DNA of 64,000 bases from an uncultured Planctomycetota bacterium (GCA_963849325.1 CAWKHF010000006.1:544001-608000); one strand, 5' to 3'. Numbered from the stretch's first letter, positions 41,722 through 53,073 are shown. Program-made: numbers and translations. The notes: generated by a model not told the origin, from the letters alone.

Positions 41722-42068
41722 TCACATCGAGAACGAGCTGCCGCAGCCGCAGGTGCTCTTGGCGGCTGGATTGCTGATGCTGAAGCCGCGGCGATTCAGG
41801 TCGTCGTGGAAATCCACTTGCGCGTTGTCCAGGTAGATCAAGCTGCGCTTGTCCACCACGACCGGCACGCCGTGGAAGTCGAAGACCTCATCGAGCTTCT
41901 CATTGATGGCCGGGTCGAGGTCGAGCTTGTGCTGGTAGCCGCTGCAGCCGCCGCCCACCACACGCAGGCGCAGGATAGAATCTTCTCCGGCATCGAGCCG
42001 GCCGTCTGCTGCTCCTGGATGATGCGTTTGACTTCCGACGCCGCCTTTTCCGTCACGGTAATTGGCAT
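41722..42068 (-). CDS. iscA: Fe-S cluster assembly A-type carrier (IscA/HesB); frameshift near 41975
   Basis: ITVTEKAA, GGGCSGYQ and TCGCGSSF motifs. Confidence 0.9.
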
Positions 42069-42116
42069 GATTGTCCCTTTCGTTGGTCACGGGTCTCGAT
42101 TCACAAACCGTCTACT

Positions 42117-43289
42117 TCATTGTAGCGAGGCCAGCTCGCGCAGGGGGCTGAGGGCGCGCAGATAATGCACCACACGCACCACGTCGCGGATGACCGCGTC
42201 TACTTCCTCCGCTGTGTTGAACCGCCCCAGGCCGAAGCGGAGGCTGCCGTACGCCAGCTCATCGTCCAGCCCCAGGGCCTTGAGCACGTAACTCGGCTCC
42301 AGGCTGGCCGTCGTGCAGGCCGAGCCGGACGACACGGCTACGTCCTTGAGGGCCATCAAGAGCGCCTCGCCGCGGACGTGCGCGAAGCTCAGGTTGAGGT
42401 TGCCCGGCAGTCGTTCGCTGGGATGGCCGTTGACCGTCACGTCGCTCAGCTGCTCCTGAATGCCTCGCCGCAATTGCTCGCGCAGGTTCGTTAGCCGGGC
42501 CGCCTCGGCGGTCATCTCCTGGCGACACAGCTCGCAGGCCAGGCCAAAGCCGACGATGCCGGGTACGTTGGCCGTGCCGCTGCGCAGGCCGCGCTCCTGA
42601 CCGCCGCCGTCCATCTGCGGCTCCAGCCGGACGCGCGGGTCGCGGCGGCGGACGTACAGGGCGCCGACGCCCTTGGGGCCATACATCTTATGAGCGCTGA
42701 GGCTGAGCAGGTCAATGCCCATGTCCTCGACGTCGAGCGGCACCTTGCCGGTGGCCTGCGCGGCGTCGCTGTGGAACAACACGCCGCGCTCCTTGCACAA
42801 TCGGCCAATCTCCCGGATCGGCTGCAAGGTGCCGATCTCGTTGTTGGCGGCCATGACGCTGACCAGGATGGTCCGGGGCGTTAAGGCCCGCGCAACCTGC
42901 TCCACCGAAACGCGGCCGTGAGCGTCCACCGGCAGGATGGTGACCTGGAAACCCTCGCGGCCCAGCCGGCGGATCGGATCGAGGACGGCCTTGTGCTCCG
43001 TGGCGACCGTAACCAGATGGTCGCCCTGGGGCCGATACATGGCGGCGACGCCCTTGAGAGCGAGGTTGTTGCTCTCGGTGGCGCCGCTGGTGAAAACGAG
43101 GTCGCGCGGATGGGCGCCGATCAGTTCGGCGACCTGCTCGCGGGCGTGCTCGACGGCCTCATCCGCCTCCCGGCCGAAGGCGTGCGTGAGGCTGGCGGCA
43201 TTGCCGTAGCGCTCGGTGAAATAGGGCAACATCGCTTCGACGACGCGCGGATCGGTTCGCGTCGTGGCGTTGTTGTCTAGGTAAATCAT
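42117..43289 (-). CDS. iscS: Cysteine desulfurase
   Basis: [28 protein letters not shown] and SSGSACT motifs. Confidence 0.95.
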   Translation of the reverse strand: MIYLDNNATTRTDPRVVEAMLPYFTERYGNAASLTHAFGREADEAVEHAREQVAELIGAHPRDLVFTSGATESNNLALKGVAAMYRPQGDHLVTVATEHKAVLDPIRRLGREGFQVTILPVDAHGRVSVEQVARALTPRTILVSVMAANNEIGTLQPIREIGRLCKERGVLFHSDAAQATGKVPLDVEDMGIDLLSLSAHKMYGPKGVGALYVRRRDPRVRLEPQMDGGGQERGLRSGTANVPGIVGFGLACELCRQEMTAEAARLTNLREQLRRGIQEQLSDVTVNGHPSERLPGNLNLSFAHVRGEALLMALKDVAVSSGSACTTASLEPSYVLKALGLDDELAYGSLRFGLGRFNTAEEVDAVIRDVVRVVHYLRALSPLRELASLQ

Positions 43290-43434
43290 CGCCAGCCGCC
43301 TCGGTCCTGAATGGTCGGGAGAACTTACGTCTGCTTATTTTACCGTAAGAGAGAAGGGCGGACCAGTTCTGTCCCACGGCGGTGTTGGTCCCTTGGAGCG
43401 GCGCTGGTAGAATGCGGCGAAGGAGGGTTCTCCC

Positions 43435-43815
43435 ATGAGTCCGATTATCTATCCCGCTGGAACGACCTCATCGCTGTGGATCGTGGTCCGGCCGGAACCG
43501 CCAGGGCAATACACGGCGCGAGTGGTCGGGTTGCCGGAGTTGGGCTCGAGAGCCGCGACTCGGGAGGAGGCGGTGCAGCAGGTCCGCAACATGCTCACCG
43601 AATGGGTCGCTTCCGGCCAGCTGGTTGCTATCGAAGTTCCCCAAATGCATCCCGTGAGGAGTTTTCGTGGTTGGATTGATCCTAATGACCCCTTGGAAAA
43701 GGAATTCCTGGCAGAATTGGCTCGACAAAAAGCCGAGGATCTGGAGCGAACCTTACGGGAGTACGAGCAGGAAGATCAGCAATGCTCCGGTTCCTCTTCG
43801 ACACCGACCACCTGA
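43435..43815 (+). CDS. HicB-like fold antitoxin candidate
   Basis: YTARVVGLPELGSRAATREEAV motif; acidic C-terminus; overlaps the toxin start. Confidence 0.65.
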   Translation: MSPIIYPAGTTSSLWIVVRPEPPGQYTARVVGLPELGSRAATREEAVQQVRNMLTEWVASGQLVAIEVPQMHPVRSFRGWIDPNDPLEKEFLAELARQKAEDLERTLREYEQEDQQCSGSSSTPTT

Positions 43816-44201
43816 CCCTTTTCGATTACGCCCAGGTAGCCGTCTGGCGGAACTTCAGCAGCCATTCCTTGGGCAGCGTTGGCATCAGCGCGGTGACGGT
43901 CGGAGAATACCTACGCGGCCGGCTTGCGGCCGTCTCACGCCATCAAAGCGGCCCCTTGTCCATCCAAGTCTATACAAACCTCGTCGCTTCTCTTTCTTTT
44001 TTCCAGCAGTTCCCCATCGTGCCGTTTGATAGTACCTGCGAAAGTCAATTCCAGCAATGGCGCGGCGTGCGCCTGCGCATCGGAACTCCAGACCTGAAAA
44101 TCGCCGCCATCGCCCTGGCGAACAACCTGGTTGTGGTGACGCGCAACCGCCGCGACTTCGGCCGCATCCCCGGACTGAGGCTCGACGACTGGTCGGTGTG
44201 A
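43782..44201 (+). CDS. vapC: PIN-domain VapC toxin
   Basis: LFDTDHL, TVGE, DLKIAAIAL and VTRNRRDF motifs. Confidence 0.9.
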   Translation: MLRFLFDTDHLTLFDYAQVAVWRNFSSHSLGSVGISAVTVGEYLRGRLAAVSRHQSGPLSIQVYTNLVASLSFFQQFPIVPFDSTCESQFQQWRGVRLRIGTPDLKIAAIALANNLVVVTRNRRDFGRIPGLRLDDWSV

Positions 44202-44283
44202 GTGTCCTTGAGTTCGGCGCACGATTGCGATAATCATAGTTCTGGTTGCGAAAGTGAGGGCGAGCCAGGGGAGGAGGGTCCGC

Positions 44284-45030
44284 GTGAAGTTCCATGAAAT
44301 GACGTCACCGCAGTTACGCGACGTGCCGCGCGATCAGACAGTGGTGCTGGCGCCCATCGCGGCGTGCGAACAGCACAGCCGCCATCTGCCGACCAGCACC
44401 GACACGGTGCTCGTCAGCGGCGTGGCCGAGGGCGTCGAGCGCCGCCTGCCGGAGCAGGTGTTGCTGCTGCCGACGCAGTGGTTCGGCGCGTCGTCGCATC
44501 ATCTGCGCTTCGGCGCCACGCTGTCCGCCGAGGTGGACACGCACGTCGCCATGCTGTGCGAACTGCTGGCGCCCTTGCTCGAAGACGGCTATCAACGGCT
44601 GCTCGTCCTCAACGGACACGGCGGCAACATCGACACCATGCACCTGGCCCTGCGCCGGCTGCAACCGCGCTTCCGCACCCACGTCCTATCGGCCGCGTCG
44701 TACTGGGAGCTGGCCGAACGCGAACTGGCCGGCCTAGTCGAGGGACCGCGCAAGTCGATGGGACACGCCTGCGAGTTCGAGACGTCGATGATGCTGGCCC
44801 TGCGACCGGAGCTGGTCCGCCGCGAGGCCATCCGCGATGACCCGCCGCGCGATGACCTCGCCCTGCGCGGCCTGTTCCTGGCCGACGATATGTGGCAAAA
44901 GACCGATCACGGCTGCGTTGGCTATCCCGAGCGCGCCAGTGCCGACAAGGGCCGCGCTTTCCTGACCGCCGCCATCGACCGTACCGTCGAAGTGGTGCAG
45001 GCGTTGTTGCAACGACCGTTGCCCGGTTGA
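44284..45030 (+). CDS. Creatininase family amidohydrolase
   Basis: EQHSRHLP..TD, NGHGGN and GHACEFETS motifs. Confidence 0.9.
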   Translation: MKFHEMTSPQLRDVPRDQTVVLAPIAACEQHSRHLPTSTDTVLVSGVAEGVERRLPEQVLLLPTQWFGASSHHLRFGATLSAEVDTHVAMLCELLAPLLEDGYQRLLVLNGHGGNIDTMHLALRRLQPRFRTHVLSAASYWELAERELAGLVEGPRKSMGHACEFETSMMLALRPELVRREAIRDDPPRDDLALRGLFLADDMWQKTDHGCVGYPERASADKGRAFLTAAIDRTVEVVQALLQRPLPG

Positions 45031-45040
45031 ACGAGGACGG

Positions 45041-46777
45041 ATGGGGAAACGACTGCAAGTGGACGGCGAGAGGCTGCGCCGCGATGGCATCGCGGCGCTG
45101 ACGGTGTCGGCCATCGCCGTGCCGCAGGCGATGGCCTACGCTCAGATCGCCGGCCTGCCGCCACAGTATGGCCTGTACACCGCCTTCATCGTCACCGCGC
45201 TCGGTTCACTGTTCGGCTCGTCGGCGCACCTGATCAGTGGGCCGACCAATGCCATTTCCCTGGTCGTTTTCAGTGCCATCGCCGGACTCGACAATCCCGA
45301 CATCATTCCGGCCGTTTGTCTGCTCGCGTTCCTGGTCGGCGCCATTCAGGTGCTGATCGCCCTGTTCCGGCTGGGCGACCTGACGCGCTATGTCTCCGAG
45401 TCGGTTCTGCTCGGCTTCATGGCGGGGGCCGGTGTCCTGATCGCGCTGGGACAGGTGCCCAACCTGCTCGGTCTGCATCCGCAGGGAGACGGGCATCTAT
45501 CCGTCCTGCAACGCCTGGGGCTGACGCTGCGCGACGGCGGGCCAATCGACCGGCCGTCGGCGCTGCTGGGCCTGGGGACGCTGCTCGTGCTGATGCCGAT
45601 GCGCGTCCTGAAGCGCCGACTGACGGCGCCGTTTCCCGATCTGCTTTTGGCGTTGATCCTGGCGACGGTGGCGGCGCCGTTGCTGAACTGGGAACCGAGA
45701 GGAGGGACGCTCGCGGTGGAGCGCGGCCTACCGGCCCTGATGTCGCCGCCGGTATGGAGGCTCGAATGGATGCGTCCTCTCGGCGGCAGCGCCGTGGCCA
45801 TTGCCGTGCTGGGACTGCTGGAAGCGGTGGCCGTCGCCAAGTCGATCGCCGCCCGCACGCGGCAACGGCTGGACTTCAACCGCGAATGCCTGGGGCAGGG
45901 ATTGGCCAACCTTGGCGGCTCGTTCTTCCAGTGCATGCCCGGCTCCGGCTCGCTGACGCGCTCGAACATCAACTGGCAGGCCGGCGCCGTCAGCCGTTGG
46001 TCCGGCGTGCTGTCGGCCCTGATCGTCGCCGCCACTCTGCTGCTGTTCGCTCCGCTGGCGCGGTACGTCCCCAAGCCGGCGCTGGCCGCCATCCTGGTCG
46101 TGACCGGCTATCGCCTGATCGACCGTTCGCGCCTGTTCTACTGTCTGCGGGCGACGCGCTATGACGCCGTCATCGCCCTGAGCACGGCCGTGGCCGCCAT
46201 GTTCATCAGCATCGAGCTGTCCATCCTCATCGGCGTGTGCGTGTCGTTTCTGCTGTTCGTGCCGCGAGCGGCGCGCCTGCACGTCACGGAGATGGTCATC
46301 GGTCCCGAGCGCGTGGTGCGCGAACGCCAACCCAACGATCCCGATTGCGACCGTCTCGCCCTGTTCAGTCTGGAAGGCGAACTGTTCTTCGGCGCTGGCC
46401 CGCAGCTGGAGGAGTTCTTCGACATGCTGCGCCGGCGCGTCGGAAAGGGGTCGCGCGTCCTCATCCTGCGTTTGAAGCGCACGCGCAATCCCGACATGGT
46501 GTGTCTGGAGATGTTGCAGCAATTCCTCGAAGAGATGCAGGACCGTCAGGTGCCGGTGCTGCTGTGCGGCATCCGCCCCGACTTCGAGCAGGCGCTGCGC
46601 AACCTGCGCTTCCACCACTGGCTGCCGCGCGATTACGTCTTTCTGGAGGACGTGACGATGGGTTCCTCGACGCTCAAGGCGGTGCGGCGCGGCTACGAAC
46701 TGCTCGGCGATGACCTCTGCGACACCTGCCCCCGCCGTGACGAGCGCGGCAAGGGGGACTGGTATTACATGATTTGA
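45041..46777 (+). CDS. SulP family anion transporter with STAS domain
   Basis: AVPQAMAYA, GPTNAIS, PGSGSLTRS and LEGELFFGA motifs. Confidence 0.92.
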   Translation: MGKRLQVDGERLRRDGIAALTVSAIAVPQAMAYAQIAGLPPQYGLYTAFIVTALGSLFGSSAHLISGPTNAISLVVFSAIAGLDNPDIIPAVCLLAFLVGAIQVLIALFRLGDLTRYVSESVLLGFMAGAGVLIALGQVPNLLGLHPQGDGHLSVLQRLGLTLRDGGPIDRPSALLGLGTLLVLMPMRVLKRRLTAPFPDLLLALILATVAAPLLNWEPRGGTLAVERGLPALMSPPVWRLEWMRPLGGSAVAIAVLGLLEAVAVAKSIAARTRQRLDFNRECLGQGLANLGGSFFQCMPGSGSLTRSNINWQAGAVSRWSGVLSALIVAATLLLFAPLARYVPKPALAAILVVTGYRLIDRSRLFYCLRATRYDAVIALSTAVAAMFISIELSILIGVCVSFLLFVPRAARLHVTEMVIGPERVVRERQPNDPDCDRLALFSLEGELFFGAGPQLEEFFDMLRRRVGKGSRVLILRLKRTRNPDMVCLEMLQQFLEEMQDRQVPVLLCGIRPDFEQALRNLRFHHWLPRDYVFLEDVTMGSSTLKAVRRGYELLGDDLCDTCPRRDERGKGDWYYMI

Positions 46778-46911
46778 ATACGGTTCTTTTGCATCTGACA
46801 AGTCGCCGACACAGGAGGACTCCCATAGTAGCTACTTGACAGACCGGCATGCAGCCAAGATGATCGGACCAGACGCATTCGTTCTCTCCAGATCCTTACC
46901 CGAGACGGCTG

Positions 46912-47892
46912 ATGGATCCTTCGCTCCAGCCCTTGCTCACCCGTCTGGAACGTCTCTCCGACGAATTCCGAGAAATTCGGGAAGGAATCGAAAAGGCTGT
47001 CCAGGTCGCCAAAGTCGATCCCGAGATGGCCCTGACCCGCGCCCGCAAGGTGCTGGAACTGGTGGTCCGGGAGATCTTCCAGCGTCGCGTGAACGAGCCG
47101 CCCGGCACCCGCCCCTTGGAGAACCTCATCCAGCGTCTGGTCAAGGACGGCTACTTCCCCGATCGCCTGGATGCCTATGCTTCCACCATCCGCAAGCTCG
47201 GCAATGTCGGCACCCACTCCTTCGGCGAAGGCGTCACCCGAACCGACGTGCGGCTGTCGCTTACGCAGCAGATGCCGATTCTCGATTGGTACTTCCAGGT
47301 CGAGCGGCCGGATGCGGTCGTCCCGCCTGCCGAGACCTCCGCACGCAGGACGAAACCGCCCGCGCTGGCGGCGCCTGCGGACAAGCGATCCTCGCCGCCC
47401 GTCCGCGCCACTCCTCCCGCAATACCCAGGAAACCTTCCGGCCGCCCACCAGTCGCCCCGCCGGTGGTCCCAGAGTCGATGAGGAAGGGCCGCGCCACGG
47501 TCGCCAGGGCGATGAAGACGGCGGACGCGCAGCAATCGAGGAAGTGGCTTATTGGGCCGCTGCCCGTCGTACTGCTTCTCGCTGGGTTGCTCGTACTAAT
47601 CATCGGGTTCGCCTTGAAGAACCGTTCGTCTTCGGCCCACGACACCGCTCCCACTGTCGCGAACGCGAGTAGCATGAAGGTTGAGTCAAACGCCGCTCCT
47701 ACCGTTGATGCCTCGAAGCGCACTCCGAGGTTGCCTATTGAATGGACTCGATTCCCGCGTAGCGAAATGTGGGAGAGCAAGCTCAATCGCGTAATTGATT
47801 ATGGCGGTGTGGATGATCCGGGAATGACTCTTGAGGGAGCGCTCAACAACCTCGCGAAGCAGTACGACTTAGTCAGTGCCATTCCTTCCTGA
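46912..47892 (+). CDS. DUF4145-like N-terminal domain, Pro-rich linker and TM protein; possibly truncated at the C-terminus
   Basis: ARKVLELVV...LENLIQRL...IRKLGNVGTH. Confidence 0.65.
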   Translation: MDPSLQPLLTRLERLSDEFREIREGIEKAVQVAKVDPEMALTRARKVLELVVREIFQRRVNEPPGTRPLENLIQRLVKDGYFPDRLDAYASTIRKLGNVGTHSFGEGVTRTDVRLSLTQQMPILDWYFQVERPDAVVPPAETSARRTKPPALAAPADKRSSPPVRATPPAIPRKPSGRPPVAPPVVPESMRKGRATVARAMKTADAQQSRKWLIGPLPVVLLLAGLLVLIIGFALKNRSSSAHDTAPTVANASSMKVESNAAPTVDASKRTPRLPIEWTRFPRSEMWESKLNRVIDYGGVDDPGMTLEGALNNLAKQYDLVSAIPS

Positions 47893-47910
47893 CACGTTTC
47901 CCTGCTCTCT

Positions 47911-48450
47911 TTATCTTTGATCTCCTAGGAAAGGGAATTCATGAAGACGAAGTTGTTTCAGTTGTTCTTCTAACAGAGGTTCTATATTCCCTTTGGTCAG
48001 ATCGAAGTTTGCTTCACCGTTGCCAAGAAGAAATCGATGACCATTAATTGGTACATCTTTGGGGACAAACCAAGTCACTTGCCAACTACCAGCTCTATTT
48101 TTTGTAACCACTCCATACCGTTCGCTCCATCGCCATTTCACATATGCATCCCAGTCGATTTGGGGGATTCGTTTCAATTCTAGACTACTCCAAATGGATT
48201 TTGATGGACTTATGGTGAAAGGAATCAGTAGTTCTGATCTTGGATACCAATCCAGATTCTGTAGGGAACCGTTGGATTCGCTAACAAAACTGATGAATAT
48301 GGTGTCGGGAGGAAGTGGTGAGGTCGATACCTTGACACGATCCGTTGGATTTAATGCAAAGTATACTCTTAAAACAATGGCTACCACAATTAGAAACGCC
48401 AACGCCAGAATCAAGTTTGCAATTCTTTTTTCTCTAAGTCGGCATTTCAT
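47911..48450 (-). CDS. AT-rich hypothetical membrane-anchored protein (RHS-associated, immunity-position gene)
   Basis: N-terminal TM; low GC; same orientation as and downstream of the RHS array. Confidence 0.6.
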   Translation of the reverse strand: MKCRLREKRIANLILALAFLIVVAIVLRVYFALNPTDRVKVSTSPLPPDTIFISFVSESNGSLQNLDWYPRSELLIPFTISPSKSIWSSLELKRIPQIDWDAYVKWRWSERYGVVTKNRAGSWQVTWFVPKDVPINGHRFLLGNGEANFDLTKGNIEPLLEEQLKQLRLHEFPFLGDQR

Positions 48451-48483
48451 TGACTATACCGTGCCCTTTCTCTGGTTGCTTAA

Positions 48484-48597
48484 CACTACAGCGCAGGTTG
48501 CTGGAAATTGCCTGGAAATCGAGCGAGTGCCACTTTGGCAGTTATCTCGAAAAACCGCGAAAAAACAAGAGCCACGCTCAAGACCAGCGCTGTAGTG
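48484..48597. mobile_element. MITE with TTAA duplication
   Basis: ttaa|CACTACAGCGCAGGT...ACCAGCGCTGTAGTG|ttaa. Confidence 0.75.
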
Positions 48598-48601
48598 TTA
48601 A

Positions 48602-48781
48602 CTCGACTTTTGCACTTTTTGAGGTTGCGGTCATGGTTGAGCTTGAGCGCCGAAACATCGGCGCTCAACCAAGGGGTTTTCAATGGCCTCAAGAAACCCT
48701 ACCTTTTCAATAATCCGATAAGCCTTGATTTTCCGCTGTTTTCATGCCCTCGCATGGTATCGGAAAAGTGCAAAAGTCGAG
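48602..48781. mobile_element. MITE with 18-bp TIRs
   Basis: CTCGACTTTTGCACTTTT / AAAAGTGCAAAAGTCGAG; flanks TTAA and CTAA. Confidence 0.75.
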
Positions 48782-48920
48782 CTAAGCAATCTAAAATGGA
48801 GGTTTGCCGCCCTTTGGAGGAGGTATTATCACAGGTGTTGGAGGTAATGTGCTGAGATCTATAGAGCGATGCACAGGGCGAAGCGCGCTACTCTGACCGC
48901 AACATTCAGAAGATCATTCC

Positions 48921-50409
48921 GTAGTCATTCACGGGCCAATTAGAGGTCAAGCGGCATGAGCATCAACGGCCGGGGTCAGCAACGACGGCAGGACGTGCCT
49001 TTCGGCGGCTGCCGCCAGGCACGCCGTCAGGTAATCCCATGCGCCCCGGCCCCGCTGACGGCACGTCTCCACCACCGACCAGATGCACGACAGGTACTCC
49101 CTGCCGTCCATACTCCGCGGGCCGTGACTCTGCTTCCGCCACAACACCCCATGACGCACCGCACGCTCCGCCGCGTTGTTCGTCGGCTCGACACCCGACA
49201 CGAACGCAAACAGGAACAACGACACCTCACACCCCAGCAGTTCGCGGCACACCGCTGCCGTCTTGGCGCAGCCGCACGCCGCCCCCCACGCCAAGACGGC
49301 GCGGAAGCGCACGCGAAAGTCCCGCGCGGCGTGCAGACGACCTGCGAAACGTATCTTCGTCAACGTCCCGTCACGCACGCGCTTCCACCAGCCCAGCATC
49401 TGCCCCGACAAGGCCAACAACTCCTCGCCGACCTCCACGCCGGCGTTCTTCCGGTCCACCATCGCCTGGAAGTCCCGCCGCAGGTGCGCCCAGCACAACT
49501 GATGGCGTTCGTCGGGCAGGTGGTCGTAGACGCGATAACGGTCGGTGGTCATCACGCGCCGGTAGTCCGTCCCTACCAGCCGGTCCAGCTCGCGGCGACT
49601 GCGGCCGCGGACGACCTGGTAAACGGTGGCCACCGCCGTGACCATCACCCACAGCCAACGCCCTCGACCCATCGATGTCTCCTCGACGTTGGCCGGTTGC
49701 TGCCGCGTCGCCGCCAGCAACTCGTCCACCGCCGGCCGCAGTTGCCGGCCGACCTCGGCCTCGATGGCGCAGACCTGTCCGGCCGACAGCGGCACGGCGA
49801 ACAGGTCGGTCAGCAGGCGGGCGGCCTTGGCCTTGCTCAGCCGGTAGGCGCCGGTCAACAGGGCGCCGGCGGCCTTCAGGCGTGGCCCGTCCTGGCCGGC
49901 CGGCGCCTGCCCGCAGGTGGTGACGCCGCAGCGGGGGCATCTCAGGCGGTGGCGACGGTACTCGGTGACGACGGGCCGGACGGCCGGCACGTCCCAGACC
50001 TGGTGACGTAGCGGCTGGGGGTCGTCGCCGCACAGCGGCAGCCGGCAGCGGCGGCAGGCCGTGGGTTTGCAGTGTTGGATGGCGTCGGGGTGGTCGGTAA
50101 GAGGGCGTTGGCTCTTGGCATGTCCAGTCTGCCCGCCGACCGCACGCCCGGTGGGCGGGCGGGGCGGGGCGCGTTTGACGGCGGGCGGATCGGAAGAGGG
50201 TGGCTTGGAGGAGTTGGTGGAGTTTTGGTTAAGGCGGGCTTCGAGGTCGGCGAGCCGTTGCTCGTAGTGCCGGATGAAGGCGCAGAGGGCAGCTTGGGCA
50301 GCCGGAGGGATTTGCTGCCACAGTTCGTCAGGGATTGGCGGAGCTGCGCTCATGCAGCTGACGTAGCGATCACGCTAGGACTTGGCAACCTCGCCCCGTG
50401 AATGAGTAC
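48921..50409 (-). mobile_element. IS66-family (single-ORF, ISBst12-like) element without target duplication
   Basis: TIR GTAGTCATTCACGGG / CCCGTGAATGAGTAC; the two flanks differ. Confidence 0.88.
48947..50353 (-). CDS. IS66 family transposase
   Basis: NSTNSSKPPSSD, Zn-finger cysteines, HQLCWAHLRRDF and EPTNNAAERAVR motifs. Confidence 0.93.
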   Translation of the reverse strand: MSAAPPIPDELWQQIPPAAQAALCAFIRHYEQRLADLEARLNQNSTNSSKPPSSDPPAVKRAPPRPPTGRAVGGQTGHAKSQRPLTDHPDAIQHCKPTACRRCRLPLCGDDPQPLRHQVWDVPAVRPVVTEYRRHRLRCPRCGVTTCGQAPAGQDGPRLKAAGALLTGAYRLSKAKAARLLTDLFAVPLSAGQVCAIEAEVGRQLRPAVDELLAATRQQPANVEETSMGRGRWLWVMVTAVATVYQVVRGRSRRELDRLVGTDYRRVMTTDRYRVYDHLPDERHQLCWAHLRRDFQAMVDRKNAGVEVGEELLALSGQMLGWWKRVRDGTLTKIRFAGRLHAARDFRVRFRAVLAWGAACGCAKTAAVCRELLGCEVSLFLFAFVSGVEPTNNAAERAVRHGVLWRKQSHGPRSMDGREYLSCIWSVVETCRQRGRGAWDYLTACLAAAAERHVLPSLLTPAVDAHAA

Positions 50410-52868
50410 GACGTACGGGTCTCCGGCGTCGCCCGTCTGCGATGGGTTCGGCTGGGCGATGAACGTCTGGTTGACGTGATTCTGCGGATGATCGCGCTCG
50501 ACCACCGTGCCCAGGCCCAGGTACTTGTAGCTCTCCAGCGTGCCCGTGCCGTCCGACAGCGACGACAAGCGGCTGATACTGCTGTCCAGGCCGCTGGCGT
50601 AGTTGTAGTAGACGACATAACCGCTGGGGTAGACCAGTTGCGTCAACCGGCTGTTGTTCTGACCGCCGGACATCTCCGTGTAACCGTACTGCACCTCCGG
50701 CGTCGTGCCCGGAACCACCGCGCCGCTGTGCGACTGATACTCGCCGGTCAACTGACCCAGGCCGTTGTACACGTCCTGCACCTGGTTGACGATGTTGCCG
50801 CCGCTGGGCGCGTCAAAGCTGGTGATTAGCGCCAGGTTGCCCTGGCTATCGTAGCCGTACTCGATACGGCGCACCGAGCCGTCCACGCCCGCACCCAACG
50901 TCGTCACGGCGTCGGAAGTCAGCCGTCCCAGCACGTCATAGGTATACTGATGGACGTTGCCGTTGCGGTCGGTGGACTGCACCACCTCTCCCAGCGCGTT
51001 GACCAGGTAGCTGTCTTGCTGGCTGCTGCTGGGAGCGCCCGTCGTCGGATCGGGATGCTGGATCGCCGACAGAATGTCATTGCTGTTGACGCCGCTGCCG
51101 CTGGCGGTGGTCACGCCGTAGACGTACTGCGTCTGCTGATAGGCGCCGCCCGGTTCGTCGGCACGCACATAGGTCACATTGTTGTCGCCGTCGTAGCCGT
51201 ACTCGGTGGCGATATTGCTGTCGTCGGTCTCGGTGCCGTCGGTGTAGTCCTGAATGGTCTTCGTGGTGCGGCCCAGGTTGTCGTACAGCGTGCGCGTGAC
51301 GAGGTCCATCGGGTCGGTCACGTCCTGCACCAAACCCATGTCGTTGTAGGCATACGTCGTCACCAACGCCGTCGCCGACGCGGCCGGCGGCGTGTCCGGC
51401 CGCGTCCAAGCCACGCCGCCGTTGGTGCCCATGTCCACGTCGGCGATTAGACGATCCGCATTGTCGTAATAAGCGGCCGCATAGTACACTCGCGCCCCAA
51501 TGCCGCTCGTCGGACTGCCCAGCGGACCCGTCCCCGTGGCATCGTCGAAACGCTGACTGTCCATCGTCTCGATGGCGTTGCCGTCGCCGTCGTAGACCGT
51601 CTGCTCTTGCTCCAACACCGTGTCGTTGGCCACGCTGGCCGCGTCCGCCCAGGTCGTACCGCCCGCACCGTCCGTCGTGAAATCCATCACGTCGCGGCCA
51701 GCACCATCATACTGGCTCTTGGTCCATAGCCCGCCCGGCCCGACTCAGCGATCAAATCGCCGCGATGATCGTAGTAATCGTTGGTAGTCAAGGCTGTGCT
51801 CGACACCGCCCCCGTGCTCGGGTTCACGTCGTAAACTTGCGTCTGGTAGACACGGCCCTGATCGTCGTAGCTGTCGATCTCCTGAGCACGCAGCAGATTG
51901 GACGCCAGCGCTTGCAGCACACCATTGAGAATCTGCGGCGTCACGCCGTCGCCGTCGTACTGCTGCGTCTCAATGGTTTCGCCGAGATTGTCGTAGGTGG
52001 TAACGACGATGGGCCGATGGGTGCCGTCGTTCTCGCTGGACTGCACGCCGGACTTGGTGGCCACCAGCCGGTCACGCCAGTCGTACCACATCTGCGTGAT
52101 ACGCTCCGCTTCGCCCAGGCCGGGATAGTCCGTCTCTTGCGTCAAGTTGCCATCGCCGATGCCGCCGTTGTCGTACTGGTAGCTCGACACCATCACCATG
52201 TTCGACGTGCCGGTGTTGTTGTTCGGCGACCATTCGCCGTACTCCGGCGTGTCATTGGTGCCGACCCAATCGCTGAGGGGCTCGCCCAGGCTGTTGTACA
52301 CCGTGCGGTAAATGGTGCCGTTGGCCGTCTGCGTCCGCACCAGACGACCGCCGCTGTCGTAGCCGTACTGCGTCTGGTAATAGTTGACGTTGAGCGTGCC
52401 CATCACGCCGGTCGTGTAGGCCAGACCGCCCAGGTTGAAGTACTGATCTTCGGCGATGACCTGGCCGGCGTCGTTGGTGTAGTCCCGAGTGAGACTTTGC
52501 AGACCGCTGATAGCTTCGCTGCCGTTGGGCGTGCCGTCGGGATTGAGGTTGGGCGTCGCCGTCATGGTGAAGGTTTCATCGTAGCCGTCGGCGGCGTCCT
52601 CGCGGATGACCTCGGTGGGGCCGGTCGGCGTGCCGGTGCTGGCGTTCCAGCCCGGATAGATGCGTTCTTCGTGCTGCGGGTCGAGATAGACGTAGTAGGT
52701 GATGTTGCCATCGGGCGAGGTCTCTTTCGTGGTCCGCCCCGCGCGTCCACCTGATACTGCGTCACCAGGTTCAGGCCGCCGCCCGTCGGCGTGCTCCAGC
52801 CCGCCGGCAAGTTCGTGAACTCACTGGTGTCCGCCGTGTTCACGTCCTGGATCTGCGTCAGCAGGACA
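50410..52868 (-). pseudogene. RHS/YD-repeat core, copy 3 (frameshifted, truncated by IS66)
   Basis: Near-identical to the copies at 54855-59020 and 60158-64000; ends at GDAGDPYV at the IS66 end. Confidence 0.88.
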
Positions 52869-52869
52869 C

Positions 52870-53066
52870 GCGGCGGCTCGCAGGGGTTGCATGACGTGCC
52901 CTGGGGCAGCGGCGACAGCCGCGCCGCCGAGATGCTGCGTGTGCTCAAGGCCAAGGGGTTCAAGGGACCGATCGCCATCGAGTACGAATGGAAGTGGGAC
53001 ATTCCGACGCTGCTCCAGTGCGTCGCGTTCTTCCACGAGCAGGCCAACAAGCTCGCCGCCGAGTGA
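52870..53066 (+). pseudogene. 3' fragment of a sugar-phosphate isomerase/epimerase (TIM barrel) gene, copy A
   Basis: HDVPWGSGD...LKAKGFKGPIAIEYE...; no 5' part present. Confidence 0.7.
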
Positions 53067-53073
53067 TCCGCTG

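Noticed and set aside
44284-45030. Mycofactocin (MftE) or other RiPP cluster
   Set aside because: A creatininase-family gene alone, with no radical SAM enzyme or precursor peptide nearby.
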